Below, one piece after another: positions 27,389 to 39,583 of a stretch of DNA of 64,000 bases. Both the position numbers and the translations under genes were made by a program. Each line of letters opens with the position of its first letter. The stretch's first letter is position 1. Origin of the DNA: Dicyema japonicum (Eukaryota; Animalia; Dicyemida). The DNA is taken from the NCBI GenBank assembly GCA_011109175.1, contig RDEW01000017.1, positions 62,001 through 126,000 on the forward strand, read 5' to 3'. The notes under the pieces are model-generated. The model worked only from the letters and a program-made list of their open reading frames with translations, did no database searches and was not told where the DNA came from.

Positions 27389-27802
27389 ATGGATAGCACT
27401 TACGGAAATGATCAACAATTAAATGTAATTTGATAAAATCGTCATTTTTAGAAAAATTTTGAACAAAAATCACATATTGAGGACAAACAACATTATTTCG
27501 AACCAACAACATTCGAAAATGAAGACGACTCTGTTAAGGATATTTTTGAAAAGACAAAAATCGAAAATAGCATAGAAATGATTGATAATAATCCCAATCG
27601 GTCTTTTTTTCAAGAAACTCATTGGGACACTTTGGATGAGGAATTTTCTTTGTTGGATAGACTCATCGAAGAAGTGAATGACGATTTGAAGATTTGCAAC
27701 CCACATAATGTTGAATATACCGATGGACTCCTGTCTTCTCTTTTTCCGACGGATATAATCATCACTGATGACGAGCAGGAAAATTTATCTGAGAGTTTCT
27801 GA
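27389..27802 (+). CDS. Orphan acidic 128-aa protein, copy 1 (exons 27389-27424, 27452-27802)
   Basis: ATG, 27-nt GT-AG intron 27425-27451, open frame MDSTYGNDQQLN|KNFEQKSHIEDKQHYFEPTTFENEDDSVKDIFEK...DDEQENLSESF*. Same intron position in all three copies. Confidence 0.7.
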
Positions 27803-28777
27803 TTATTATTGAGAGTTTTTCGTAGTTAATAAATTTTGTGTTTGTTTATTCTAATAATTTAATTTTTTTGACTTCCTCACTACTTTAGAACAAGTGAAAA
27901 ACGTGTTGTTCCCTAGGCAAGGAAAACACGGTTCATCTCACGTGTAGCCTCTCCAATTAAATGAGGGATTACAAATGGTCTTTTTTCGTGTTATCTAGCA
28001 CTGGGTGTTGCCTGAGGCAGATGGCTTAGGTGGATAATGTTACTCTAACAAAACAAGGGAAGATGAGGAATGAATTAAAGAAAGAGAAACCACCAAAAAC
28101 GTATTTTTACCACCGTAGCCGTAATTGCATTAGACATTACATATTCTGAAGCCAGGTTTGGAAGGATTCCTCAATGAGGACAACAATTAATCGCCAACTT
28201 CAAAAATTTCCTTTTCTCAATTGATGGGGGCGTATTCAATGCCAAGAAACTTCTTAATGAGGAAAGGTAGGGACAAATGGACTTGGTCGGCAATCCGCCT
28301 ACTTGTCGAATAGCTCTGTGGGGGCATCAGTGGATAATTAGTCATCCCTCTATGAATTTATGACGATCGAGATGTTGGTAGAAGCCTTTATCGAAGTCCT
28401 TGAGCACTTGTGCAGATAAGATTGCGAGCTACTCAATGATTGCGGAGTTATTATTGTGGAAGACCAAAACTTTAAACACACCAGCAATGGATGTAGTATA
28501 ACCAACCAAGCATTCAATGAATTGTCCTCACTACTAGCACATAACAGCTCTATAGCTGGTCGGATGCGAAGGTAAACTCTTTATCGGAGACCTTTATCCA
28601 GTGCTTGTGTTCAATTAGCATGCTTTCTAGAGTACTTTTCAACACAATTCATAAGAAAACGGTATATATCAAAAGTCCTCGTTGTAAATTATTATATAAT
28701 ATATTAGATAATTAATTTTTAATAATTTTTGTTATCTTAAATAGTAGAAATTCGCGATTTATTATCTGTTTTGTGAA

Positions 28778-28970
28778 ATGGATAGCACTTACGGAAATGA
28801 TCAACATTTAAATGTACTTTGACAAAATCGTTGATTTTTAGAAAAATTTCAAACAAAAATCTCATAATGTGGACAAAAAACATTATTTTGAACCGAAAAA
28901 ATTGGAAAATGAAGACGACTCTGTTAATTATTATTTAAACCAAAGAAACACCGTCTTAACCAATAACTAA
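28778..28970 (+). pseudogene. Orphan gene copy 2, 3'-truncated (54 aa)
   Basis: MDSTYGNDQHLN|KNFKQKSHNVDKKHYFEPKKLENEDDSV, homology ends at 28926; 28-nt intron 28814-28841; upstream AT-rich region also duplicated from about 28690. Confidence 0.7.
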
Positions 28971-29029
28971 TATTCAGATGATCCCGGCATCTCTCAATAA
29001 TCGGGCCACGCCCAGTGCCAGGCCGGCAT

Positions 29030-29205
29030 GAAAAAGGATCATTTGCTCTTCTTCACTCCACTGGAGGGGTTTCCACAACTGCATGTAATGGACGTCTTAC
29101 CCTTTATGCTGATGGACTCTGTTTTTGTAGAAGTGGAAACTGGATACACTTAATTAATTGGTTACTTTAACTTCTTTCTCGGTGTATCCGGGGTTAATAA
29201 AATAT
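29030..29205 (+). mobile_element. LINE 3' tail fragment
   Basis: Ends ttctttctcggtgtatccggggttaataaaa (29170-29202), like the tails at 42880 and 56920. Confidence 0.6.
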
Positions 29206-29882
29206 AATAATAATTATTTTTTATGTAGTTGTCCGTTATACGACCGATCCTAAATTCTATTAAAAATATTGAAGTGCTTTTTGTTGTACATTAAGGCATT
29301 TTTTCTAAAAATTCTTTGTTCATTGTTCTTAAAATTGATTTATTCTTTCAAACTGGTCACAAAATTCTAAGCAACCAAAATGGCCAATTTGCGTAGGTCG
29401 ACAACCTTAATCTAAATGGGCATTACTCACAAGACGACTAAAGCAAGTTGAAGTTGAAAAACCAATTTCTCATCCTTCCATTAGTTATTTAAAGAATTAA
29501 AGCAACTTATTCGATCTACAGTGCTGACATGTGGAGAATTCATCGTGTAAAAGTTGTCAGAAATTGAAAGCGATTTTTCATGTATTGACTTTGTGGAATC
29601 CAACGATTTATTAAATAAAATAACAGTTCTTCCACTAAAGCATTAATGTCTCCATTCTTAAATCTTAGCTTCTTAGTGATTGATCCAGTATACAAAATCT
29701 GAGTAGAATTAAAGCAGATCGAAGTCATTTTTTCCCTGCGAATATCGAATTATTTTTACAGCCAAAGATTGAGGAATGATTACAGTTTTAAGCCTCATTT
29801 CAACAGCATGAAATTTGTCGATATTATTCAAAAAATGAGGTCAAAAAAGATCCTTTATTTTAAATAATTGTTTTTTGTTATA

Positions 29883-30037
29883 GCTTTTTCCGCCATTAAC
29901 GTCACTTTGACGCTTAATATCGTCACTTTCTAATCATTAAACTTGGGATAACGGGTTTTGATAATAGATCTTAAAACTCATAATGAGGTCGGTTTTTTAC
30001 CCTTAAAAATTTAGTGACGCTATTGGCCGTGAAACCC
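29883..30037 (-). mobile_element. Short MITE copy, same family as 32001-32495
   Basis: Imperfect TIRs flanked by tata. Internal gacctcattatgagttttaagat matches 32376-32398 in reverse orientation. Confidence 0.78.
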
Positions 30038-30617
30038 TATAAATAGTAGTGTAGTTATTCAGAAAGTGAAATTAAAAGAAATTCTGATGGTTCATAGACT
30101 ACATAAAAATCAATAATCCTATCGAATCTGACACTAGTTCGAAAGTCCCAAAATGGCGGATTCGAGAGATTTACTGTGCTTAGTATTAAGATTTGTACCA
30201 GTAAAACCGAATACCGGTCCAAAAATATTAAATTACTTCAATTAATTTTCTGTGAGTAAGAAGATTGCCATCCAAATCAGGAGTTTTCCTTTTAAGTAGA
30301 TTTGTGGTAGAAACCGAATGATTCCCCGACGAGGACTGGCTGCTGAAGAGCTTTAGCTCGAAGAAAAAATAAGTAAAACACTAGGTTTCTCACTTTTGTG
30401 ACCCCACCATCTCACTTCGAACTCATTTATTAGTTATCCGGGTTTTTTATTCTTCTTAACTATTATAAGTGAAAGAGTTTGTTTTCAAATAAAATTATCT
30501 ACATGTCCACTTGATTAAGATCATCGATTAATACAATTGACATTGAAAGTCAATTTAAAAAAACCTCATTTGATCCCAAAATGTGCCTTATTATGGTGGA
30601 CCAGTCCCTCACATTCC

Positions 30618-30748
30618 TGAACTCCGATTTGGTGCCAAAATCATTAAAAATTAATAGATTTTTCATTGTTTTGAGTCAAAANTCCTGAACTCCGATTTGG
30701 TGCCAAAATCATTAAAAATTAATAGATTTTTCATTGTTTTGAGTCAAA
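30618..30748. repeat. About 65-bp duplicate on either side of a single n
   Basis: ctgaactccgatttgg...gagtcaaa occurs twice, n at 30682. Confidence 0.85.
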
Positions 30749-30829
30749 ATGAAAATTAATCACAACGTGAGTATTTTTAGATTAAAAAATTCAAAAAAAT
30801 TATAATAAAAAATAAATTAATAATATGTA

Positions 30830-31700
30830 ATTGTTAATTAAATATTTAATTTTAACTAAAAAATACCATATATTGATTTTGTGGCAAGAAAGTGGTAGTC
30901 TTTATCTAAATAAGTACCCAAAAGGCTCTCATCAACTTCTGAGGACCAGTTGTGATAAACGCTTTTGTGGATTTGTTCTCATATGTTATATCTGTGACAT
31001 AAATCGACCAATCCATTCATTATATTGACAACTGATTATATATTACAGATTTACTATTCCAACTAAATGAGTGCCTCATATGTCAGTACAAATTCCACCC
31101 CAATCATGTACTCCATCCGCATCAGTCGTGAACTCCTGGGGGATCATCGCGATAATCAGAAAATTAACTCCGAAGAGTACATTACACACTTTACAGTCAT
31201 TCTGAATGACACGAGATTGGAGGAACACTCAAATTTGGATATTTCGTGGTCTCTTAACAAGATTTCCGGGACGGAATATGAAGATGTTGTAATTCGCGAA
31301 AAACCTGAAGTTCCTGCCGCGGTAATCCCCAATAAAGGTTTGTTTTGAGTAATCTGATAGAATATCCCCGCTCTGTCATAAGAGATCGTTGCCACGTGCG
31401 TCCTCAAGACACAGCCCAGTCAAATTATTTGCTGAAAGATTACTTGCTGAATAATCTCGCAAAATTGTTTTCCGATGAAAGTACCCCGATATCAAAAATA
31501 TTGGAGAAGCGAGGCAGCACTGCGACAATTTTTGTTTCTCGAACAACCCGTCAAGGTCGTCGTCTCTAAATCCTCGATTTTTACGGCTACATGGTCCCGG
31601 TAACTGTTACTTTTGGTTTTACCCCAGATAAGAGCAAAAGATGGGTTATTAAGAAGGCGGACTTTGTTCATTCAGAAAACATATTAAAATGCGATTTCTA
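30830..31700 (+). pseudogene. Gene-like region of unknown product, possibly decayed
   Basis: ORF 31067-31348 can splice through a 23-nt GT-AG segment into 31345-31569; a further GT..AG segment at about 31600-31627; no family recognised. Confidence 0.25.
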
Positions 31701-32000
31701 ACAAAAATAAATGATTTAATAACACTTTTCAATAAAACTAACAACTGACCCCACTATATTTTTTTTACAAAATACTGAAATCACTTATGCACAATTGATC
31801 GAGACTGATCACCTTTTTTCGTGTCCTGGCACGCCTTCTGTGTTTTCCCCGCATGGGATTAAACTTTTGGATTCCTGGGAAAGCCCGTCATCGGTAGTTA
31901 CGTTTTTGTTGGCCATCGGTTTCCTTCACTTGAAGGGACCGGGGGTAAATGTATAATTGATTGTCTTCCTAAGCCTATGTCGACTCTGGAAAGCAATATA

Positions 32001-32495
32001 GGGTTTCCCGACCATTAGCGTCACTTTCCCGATCAATGGCGTCACTAAATTTTTTAAGTTCAAAAACAAACTTTTTTTTAATTTTCTTATTTTCAAAACC
32101 TCCACTAGAAACATATATTTTTTCCACGTGCTGAATAAATTCTCGAAATGGCAAGTATGGGGTAATGGAACATGGAGAATGTCCCTAAAATGAGTTTATA
32201 CAGGCATCATCAAAGATATCGGATTTTCAATTCCCTTCTCATATCGAAGATTTTTTAAGGATTCCAGAAAAATTAGTCATTGAGGCAATTTCTGGTTCTG
32301 ATGGCACTTACCGGAATGTACAGGCAGAAGATCTTGAAATAGGTTTTCCTTGGTTTTTAGGATACTGAAAATCTGACCTCATTATGAGTTTTAAGATGTT
32401 CTTTTATCCAAAAATATATTTACCTTTATCCCAATGTTAATGAGTAGAAAGTGACGCTATTGATCGGGAAAGTTACGTTAATGGTCGGGAAACCC
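32001..32495 (+). mobile_element. 495-bp MITE with about 50-bp terminal inverted repeats and TA/TATA target
   Basis: Left end gggtttcccgaccattagcgtcactttcccgatcaatggcgtcact; right end agtgacgctattgatcgggaaagttacgttaatggtcgggaaaccc; tata on both flanks; no ORF. Confidence 0.88.
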
Positions 32496-33120
32496 TATAA
32501 TTTGTTAATATATCGTGGTAAGTGTCCAGTGATAAAAAGATGTTCTAAGAGAGCCATTGCGTCATTCGGGGTCAACTTTTCGCCGTTTCAGCCATTTTGG
32601 AATTGTTTCTACAAGTATCGTAGTGCTTGAACCAAGCACTCCGGACATCCCCGCAGAAGTTGATTGGAAAAATTAAATATTAATTGTCCCACTATGACGG
32701 TTTATTGTGCTTTTTCTCAGGATTCTCCACAGCAGTGACATTGTTGGTTGTTCTCACTCAACGTACGAATCCTTATTGAAGAAACACCCACCAAAATTCT
32801 TGGATCATTTGAATTTTATATTACCCAACAGTCTGCCGTATACTTTCATTTTCAGAACCAGTTGGAGACGTAACCCGATCCTTCCAAAACTGCAGTAGGG
32901 TGGGGTCGATGGGCCACAGCCAAGACACAATAGAGATCGTAGTTCAATGAACAAACTTGACCAACTGAATAATCAATACTGAGAATAATTCATTTATTTT
33001 AGTGGTCACAACATGTTGTCCCAACAGGATTGGGGGATCCTCATACATATTGGGAACTATTTCAGACTTTCGCCTATATATTGTCCTTGGATTACCTGCT
33101 TAAAGAAAAAGAATTTCTCA

Positions 33121-33405
33121 ACTAAGTGATCCCTTTCCCACAATCAGAGTGAGACGCTTCCTTTCCAACCATCACGTCCATCCACCATTGTGAGAACCCC
33201 TTCACTTGAGTAAGTAAGAAGAAAGATCCCTTTATCCTAAATATCCAAATATTCATTGTCCTATGATCAGCAGGCTAAATAAAAAGAATGAAAGTCCTTA
33301 ACTAAGCGATCCCTTTCCCAAAGTCAGATTGAGACACATCCTTTCCAGCCACCACGTCCATCCATATCCACCATTAAGGAAACCCCTCTACTGGAGTAGG
33401 TAATA
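33121..33405 (-). mobile_element. Two diverged direct copies (180-bp spacing) of a LINE 3' end
   Basis: actaag.gatccctttccca... at 33121 and 33301. The reverse complement ends GKGI(T/A)*, like the GIT* tails at 42845 and 56885. Confidence 0.6.
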
Positions 33406-33492
33406 TAGCGACCATTTACCCAAAATACAGTCTATCACAAAATTTGAATCAATCAAAAGACTCACAAAATACAGCATTCATTTAAGCAATAA

Positions 33493-36030
33493 TTAGTGTC
33501 TCGATAATATTTCTGTCCGTGCTTTTATGCCTTTATATCGTCATCAACTTCCTTATCACCAGTCAAAGGAATATCCCCATAGTATTCGTCATTTTTCTCA
33601 CACTTATCCCCACTGTCCAATACTTCTGTTTCCCCCCAAATCCCATCTACACTCCCTTTTCTTCTCTCGACATCATCATTCACTTCCACATTACTATTTT
33701 CTACACTTTCGTTTTTCTCGACGCTTTGTCGTTGCTAAAATAAGGAGAATGTCACATTTTCGTAGAACTTATGGTTTAGGTTCCACCAATTTTTGAAATT
33801 CTTAATCAGTTTGATCTGCAATTTCTCCAGGACGAACTGTGTATGCTCAGTTTCTTGTTTTAAGGTTTTTAATTCACCCAAATTCTTGTTAAATCTGCAA
33901 TCATGGTACCACTTACAGAGTAGTCTTCGTCTGTAGTTTTCGTCGCAGTCCCTCAACTTTCGAAGGGTCACTTTCAGTGTAATTCTGAATTTGACCTTTC
34001 AGTTTATCTACAATAAGACCACCATAAACTTATCTCTTCCTTCCATTTGAAAATGTCACCTCCCATCGCCTTCGCCTTGAGAAAAGATCTCTCAGAGTGT
34101 TTTGTTTTTCTACGATGTGTGAATATTCATCTCCGTCCTGTTTATAAATCTCAAATATTTCCCTCTGTCCGTCAGATAGTTCCTCCACTACCAATATTAC
34201 AGTCACTTACGCAGGGTTTTCCGTTGCTTCACCAACCGGACCTGTTCCTCTTCAGAGGTTTTGTCGTTTGCTGATTCTCCATTCAATGTTGGAGGACATT
34301 TCTCACCAGTATTATCCTTATTCTCTTGAATCCCCTCCACTTTTTGATTATTGCTTCTCTCCCTTTTCAACATGTTCACCAAAATGCCTGAATTATAATT
34401 TATCCAGTAAAACTGATCTCAGCATCACGTTGCTTCACCAAATCTTTCAAGGAGGTCTGGTCGGTGTCTGAAATGTAAGAGGAGTCATTAGGAAGTCCAA
34501 GTTTGTTCTACGCGTCAGAACCCACCACAAACTTTCAAATTTTCGAAGCAAAATAAAATTTCCACTCCGCTAACAGTCACACTCGGCTCAATTTTCCGTC
34601 CTTTAAAGAAGTCGTCAATTAATTCCAGGCATCTTTTTATTCAAAGGAAACTACTTTTCCTCATTCACCGATCCCACGTGGGTAGATTTGAGCTGATTCT
34701 TCAGTCTGAAAATTTCCATTTTGAGGGATTCCACGTCATCGGGTTCCTCGATTTCATTGATCACGGGTATATTCTGAATCAACGCCACTCTCTGGGAAAA
34801 TTTGCACGTGGAAATCGTTTCCTTCAATACAGCAAAATAAAAACGAAGATATTTCCCTCTTCAACAGAAATATTGGCGATCATCACAGTCTTGCAGTTCC
34901 CACCCAAACTATCTTTCAAAACTGATGTCAGCATAGAGTTTCTGTAGGGGATGTGCTTGGCCTTCGTGTTACTGAGGCACAAAATTGTCTGAGGTTACCA
35001 TGAAAACGACTTGTTCCAAATAATGGAGAGATTTGTTGATAAATTTGGCTTCCTTTAAAAGAACTCCGCTAAGACCAGACTTATAGACCCGCTCTGAACT
35101 TAAATATGGAGACTTCAATACCCTGCCAAATCGACCATATGAAATTTGGATTTTGTCAGTTTTTTCCCGCCGATTTTATTGGAGGTTATATGTATCGTGA
35201 ATATGCAGTGAGATCGAGTTGAGGCATCATTCATCGGTGTCTACCATTTTAGTTACCACCGACCTCTGCTATGGTTCTGTTTGTGTCCCCAATGAACAGC
35301 AGGTTCATTGCCTCCTCAGCCGTCCTGGCTTGGTGAAGCGACAACCCTTTGATCAAAAACTGTCCACTGTTGTCTTCTTGGAGGGTGACCTTGCTGGTTA
35401 AATAATGACGGGGGTCCTACTTTAAATCTTCCATTTTCTTTGCACATTCGTCGACTTGGAGTAAATCGTAGCCAATTTCATTATATATTTCCAGGTATGA
35501 TATTTTCATGGTGAAATCAGAGCCAGGATTCTAGAATTACCAAACATTTTAAGCTTTTTCAAATTCTGAGAAGAATTCGGTCAGGCATCGGGGTATTATC
35601 CCTCTGTCCTCATACTTTTCCGGTCCTCCTGTGATTGTGAAGGTCTTTCCACTTCCCGTCTGAAATAGAGAATCCTGGTTACCTGCCCATAGGCGAACAC
35701 TGTGCAGTTGTATCCGTTTATTACGCTAAAATGAATCTGACAAAGTACTTTTTGATTAGCGGTGCTGTAATGTCATTGAAAACATCAGACTGAGTCACAA
35801 ATCGGTCGAAAATGTGGTTGAATCTGATGAATTAAACTTTAAACTTGAATGTATATGTTTCCCTCTTGTTGTTGACAGTCTCTTTGTTTTTATGAACCAC
35901 ACTTAATGATAATTTTTCTCTGTCTTCATTAGGCGGATCAATTCGGTACTGCAGGAAATTAATAAGCTATAACATTAAAGGAGTCGGGTGTATTTCTAAT
36001 TCGGCAATAAATATCAATAAACGCATTCAT
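33493..36030 (-). CDS. KIF6: Kinesin-9 family motor KIF6, about 15 micro-introns, two apparent frameshifts
   Basis: FAYGQ|[46 protein letters not shown]|SER, HIPYRNS, DSLGGN, QRDAEI.ILVNMLK and C-terminal IPLTGD...IKAR. GC-AG intron 35531-35554. Frameshifts at about 34077 (FS-KAKAMG) and about 33527. Confidence 0.93.
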
Positions 36031-36606
36031 ATTGTTTCCGTAGAAAATATTTTATTTTAATTTAAATCCTAAAATTTATTTTAATTTAATTAAAAATATC
36101 AATTTTGATATTTTAAAATTAACATTCTCCCTCTTGATGTTCAATGTCAAGGGGTTCCTGAAGGCAAGATAGAAGCTGTTTTGACATATACTTGGTCTGA
36201 ACCTGAAGACCCCCGCGAATATGACCATGGATAATTACTTTTCTCTTGAGCTCGCATTTTCGTGGTCGACCGAAGACAACCCTACCGATTTTCCTTGATT
36301 AAAACCTTAAGGAAATAGGGTTTCTCTTTCTTTACTCTATTCATATCTTCCCTTGTTTTGTTAGAGTAACATCATCCACCTTAGCCATCTGCCTCAGGCA
36401 ACACCCAGTGCCAGATAACACGAAAAGAGACCACTTGTTCTCATTCATTTAATTGCAGGGGCTACACGTGAGATGAACCGTGTTTTCCTTGCCTAGGGAA
36501 CAACACGTTTTTCACTTGTTCTAAAGTAGTGAGGAAGTCAAGTAAGAAATTAAATTATTTCAAGCAAACACAAAATTTATTAACTACGAGAAACTCTCAA
36601 TAATAA

Positions 36607-37127
36607 TCAGAAACTCTCAGATAAATTTTCCTGCTCGTCATCAGTGATGATTATATCCGTCGGAAAAAGAGAAGACAGGAGTCCATCGGTATATTCAACA
36701 TTATGTGGGTTGCAAATTTTCAAATCGTTGTTCACTTCTTCGATGAGTTTGTCCAACAAAGAAAATTCCTCATCCAAAGTGTCCCAATGAGTTTCTTGAA
36801 AAAAAGACCGATTGGGATTATTATCAATCATTTCTATGCTATTTTCGATTTTTGTTTTATCAATCATTTCTATGCTATTTTCTATTTTTGTCTTATCAAT
36901 CATTTCTATGCTATTTTCGATTTTGTCTCATCAATCATTTCTATGCTATTTTCGATTTTTGTCTTTTCAAAAATATCCTTAACAGAGTCGTCTTCATTTT
37001 CGAATGTTGTTGGTTCAAAATAATGTTGTTTGTCCTCATTATGTGATTTTTGTTCGAAATTTTTCTAAAAATGACGATTTTATCAAATTACATTTAATTG
37101 TTGATAATTTCCGTAAGTGCTATCCAT
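36607..37127 (-). pseudogene. Orphan gene copy 3, with an internal repeat expansion that causes a frameshift
   Basis: MDSTYGNYQQLN|KNFEQKSHNEDKQ...; same 27-nt intron; the 36-bp unit occurs 4 times, one unit is 35 bp. Confidence 0.72.
36823..36965. repeat. 36-bp minisatellite, 4 units (36+36+35+36), coding KTKIENSIEMID
   Basis: Unit atcaatcatttctatgctattttcgatttttgtctt repeated without spacers; single unit in copy 1. Confidence 0.95.
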
Positions 37128-37279
37128 TTCACCAAAAGATAATAAATTGCGAAATTCTACTATTTAAGATAACAAAAATTATTATATATTATTATTATTT
37201 TTGTTGAATAATTAATTATTTAATATATTATAATAATAATAATTATATAATAATTTATTTACATTATATGGAGAATCAA

Positions 37280-39583
37280 AAGGGCGAGATGGATCGACTT
37301 CACGGTTGACGTCGAAACGTCGCTGGAAAACTTCTCTGTGAAAAATTTTACCTCTCCAGACAAAGCCATTGCACATTTCAACTCAGCCATCCTTTCGGCG
37401 GATAGAAAGCACGTCCCTAAAGGATTCATCCATGATTACAAACTATTTTTCAACAAAGAAATATTGGATCTCATCTGTGAGAGAAGACACCTAAAACGTT
37501 CCCGAACAACCAACCAGCAACTCCAAGATGAAATTTCTTCCCTAAACAAGAAGATAACCCACCTCATTACGGAGCTCAAAAAGGAGAAGTGGTCCACTTT
37601 CGTCTCTCGATTGAATCCAAAATCAAAACCCCAAAGTTTCTGGAGATTTATCAGAGAAATACAATCAAATCAAACCGAATCGAGCACAACCCATGGAGGT
37701 AGACTTGGAAAGGACAACCAAACGAAAGATTTCCACTGCCAGGCAAATGACTTGATGACTCACTATTGCAAAATGAGTCATATTCCAATGAATAAAGAAA
37801 ATCGACCTCATATTACTAAACCCCCAAGGGTAACAAAGGCACGATTCGAAGTATCAGTAAGTCATGTTCAAAACCTCATTACAAACTCAAGAAACTCACC
37901 AGCCACGGGACCCGATCGGATCAGCATATTCCACCTAAAGCACCTCGGTCCAAACGGGCTCTTGGCACTTAAAGATATCTACGAATTCTCCATCAACAGG
38001 TGTTTCATCCCGATGTTATGGAAGAAGTCGAACATTATCCCAATACTCAAGAACAACAAAGCCTCCTCCTTGCCCTCTTCGTTCAGGCCAATTTCCTTAA
38101 CATCTGTTGTCTCAAAAATCCTCGAAAGGATCATTCTTAACGAAATCACCCCCTACCTCGACCTCTCCGACTCACAACATGGTTTCCGTCCTTTACACTC
38201 GACCACCACGCACTTACTGACACTAACCCAATACATCTCCAACGGTTTCAACAACTGCAAACCCCCGGAACGAACTGTCTTGGCCTCTATTGACCTAACT
38301 AAAGCTTTCGACAGAATCTCCCGTGTGGTCCTCTGCAACAAGATCTATTCTTCAAATATTCCCTCTGTATGGAAGTCATGGCTCACAAATTTCCTCTCGG
38401 GAAGACTGGGTCATACGTGTCTATATTCAAATCTATCAAGATATCGACTCCTACCAAACGGTGTTCCCCAGGGATCAGTCCTTTCACCCTCACTTTTCAA
38501 CCTTTACGTCAAAGACATCCCAACAACCCAAAATACGTTACTATTGACATATGCCGATGATCTAGTAATCGCATCCAGGAGTGGCGATGTTCGACTGGCC
38601 ACCGAAAAAGTGCAGTACCACCTGAACTTGCTATCCGACTGGATGAACTTAAACTGGATGAGTGTTTCCACCTCGAAGTCATCAGCTACCCTGTTCACAA
38701 CCGATCGAAGACAATTCAACCTAAACCCCACACTCTCGTTGGGTGACGAACCACTCCCCTTAAATAAATACCCGAAGATCCTTGGAGTTGTCTTCGATCC
38801 TTCACTCTGTTTCAACAGACAAGTGGAGGAAGTAATGACAAAAGCCAAGCGGAAACTTAACATATTACGGGCAGTAGCTGGCCACTCAAACGGTCAGCAA
38901 AAAGAAAACTTAACTCTTCTCTACAAACAGTTCATCAGGACTACACTCAACTACGCCTCACCAAGTTGGGCCCCCTCAATCTCCTTGTCCCTTTCTCAAG
39001 AACTGCAGAAAGTGCAAAACTCGGCGCTGAGAATAATAACTGGCTGCTTAAAGTCAACCCCCACCGACCATTTACATTGGGAGTCGAAAATCCTCCCGCT
39101 CTATGACCACCTGGAAATGCGTAATTTACAATTCCTACGGCAGTCGTTCGACCCGAATCACCCAGTTCACGCTTGCTAAGTAACAATAACCGCAGATACA
39201 TACGCAGGACCCTCTTTGACCTACAAAGAGCCTTGTCGAAGATCACCCCCCCTCAAGAAGACTCAACTTGGACCCGCCGAATCCATGATTTCATCTCAAC
39301 ACGGGCCATTAGGACACTTCAATATAACATAGTCTTGGAGCGCTTCCCCCCTGATATCAGTCCAACGGAACAATCGCTCCCGAGGAAGATCAGAATCGGA
39401 CTGGCTCGCCTACGATGTGGACACCACCCTTTTCTGGCTGGCAGAGTAGTTCGGACCTTTTTCCCTGCCCTGGATCACCGGATGCAAAAGTCGAGGATCT
39501 CTGGGAGCGGCCTGTCCGGACTGCACGCTCTCTGATGGTCGCCGACTTCCCACTTGCTGGCGAAGCCGGGGTTAATAATTTAT
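37280..39583 (+). mobile_element. Young 5'-truncated Ingi/Vingi-like LINE with 16-bp TSD
   Basis: 613-aa ORF 37338-39179 has SFRPISLTSVVSK, QHGFRP, IDLTKAFD, GVPQGSVLSP, YADD, YPKILGV. C-terminal LARLRCGH and DLWERP follow frameshifts. TSD ttatatggagaatcaa at 37264-37279 and 39584-39599; empty site visible near 27251-27266. Confidence 0.96.

Larger units (their letters stand above)
26300..28091 (+). repeat. Left arm of a large inverted duplication
   Basis: Reverse complement of 36319-37279 plus 39584-39995 (about 95% identical by eye). LINE tail 26313-26412 matches 39998-40115 (about 89%). Homology ends inward at aagaaagagaaacc (28091 / 36319). Confidence 0.93.

Noticed and set aside
36823-36965. 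36-bp repeats as a CRISPR array
   Set aside because: No spacers, head-to-tail units within a coding frame, eukaryotic context, no cas genes.
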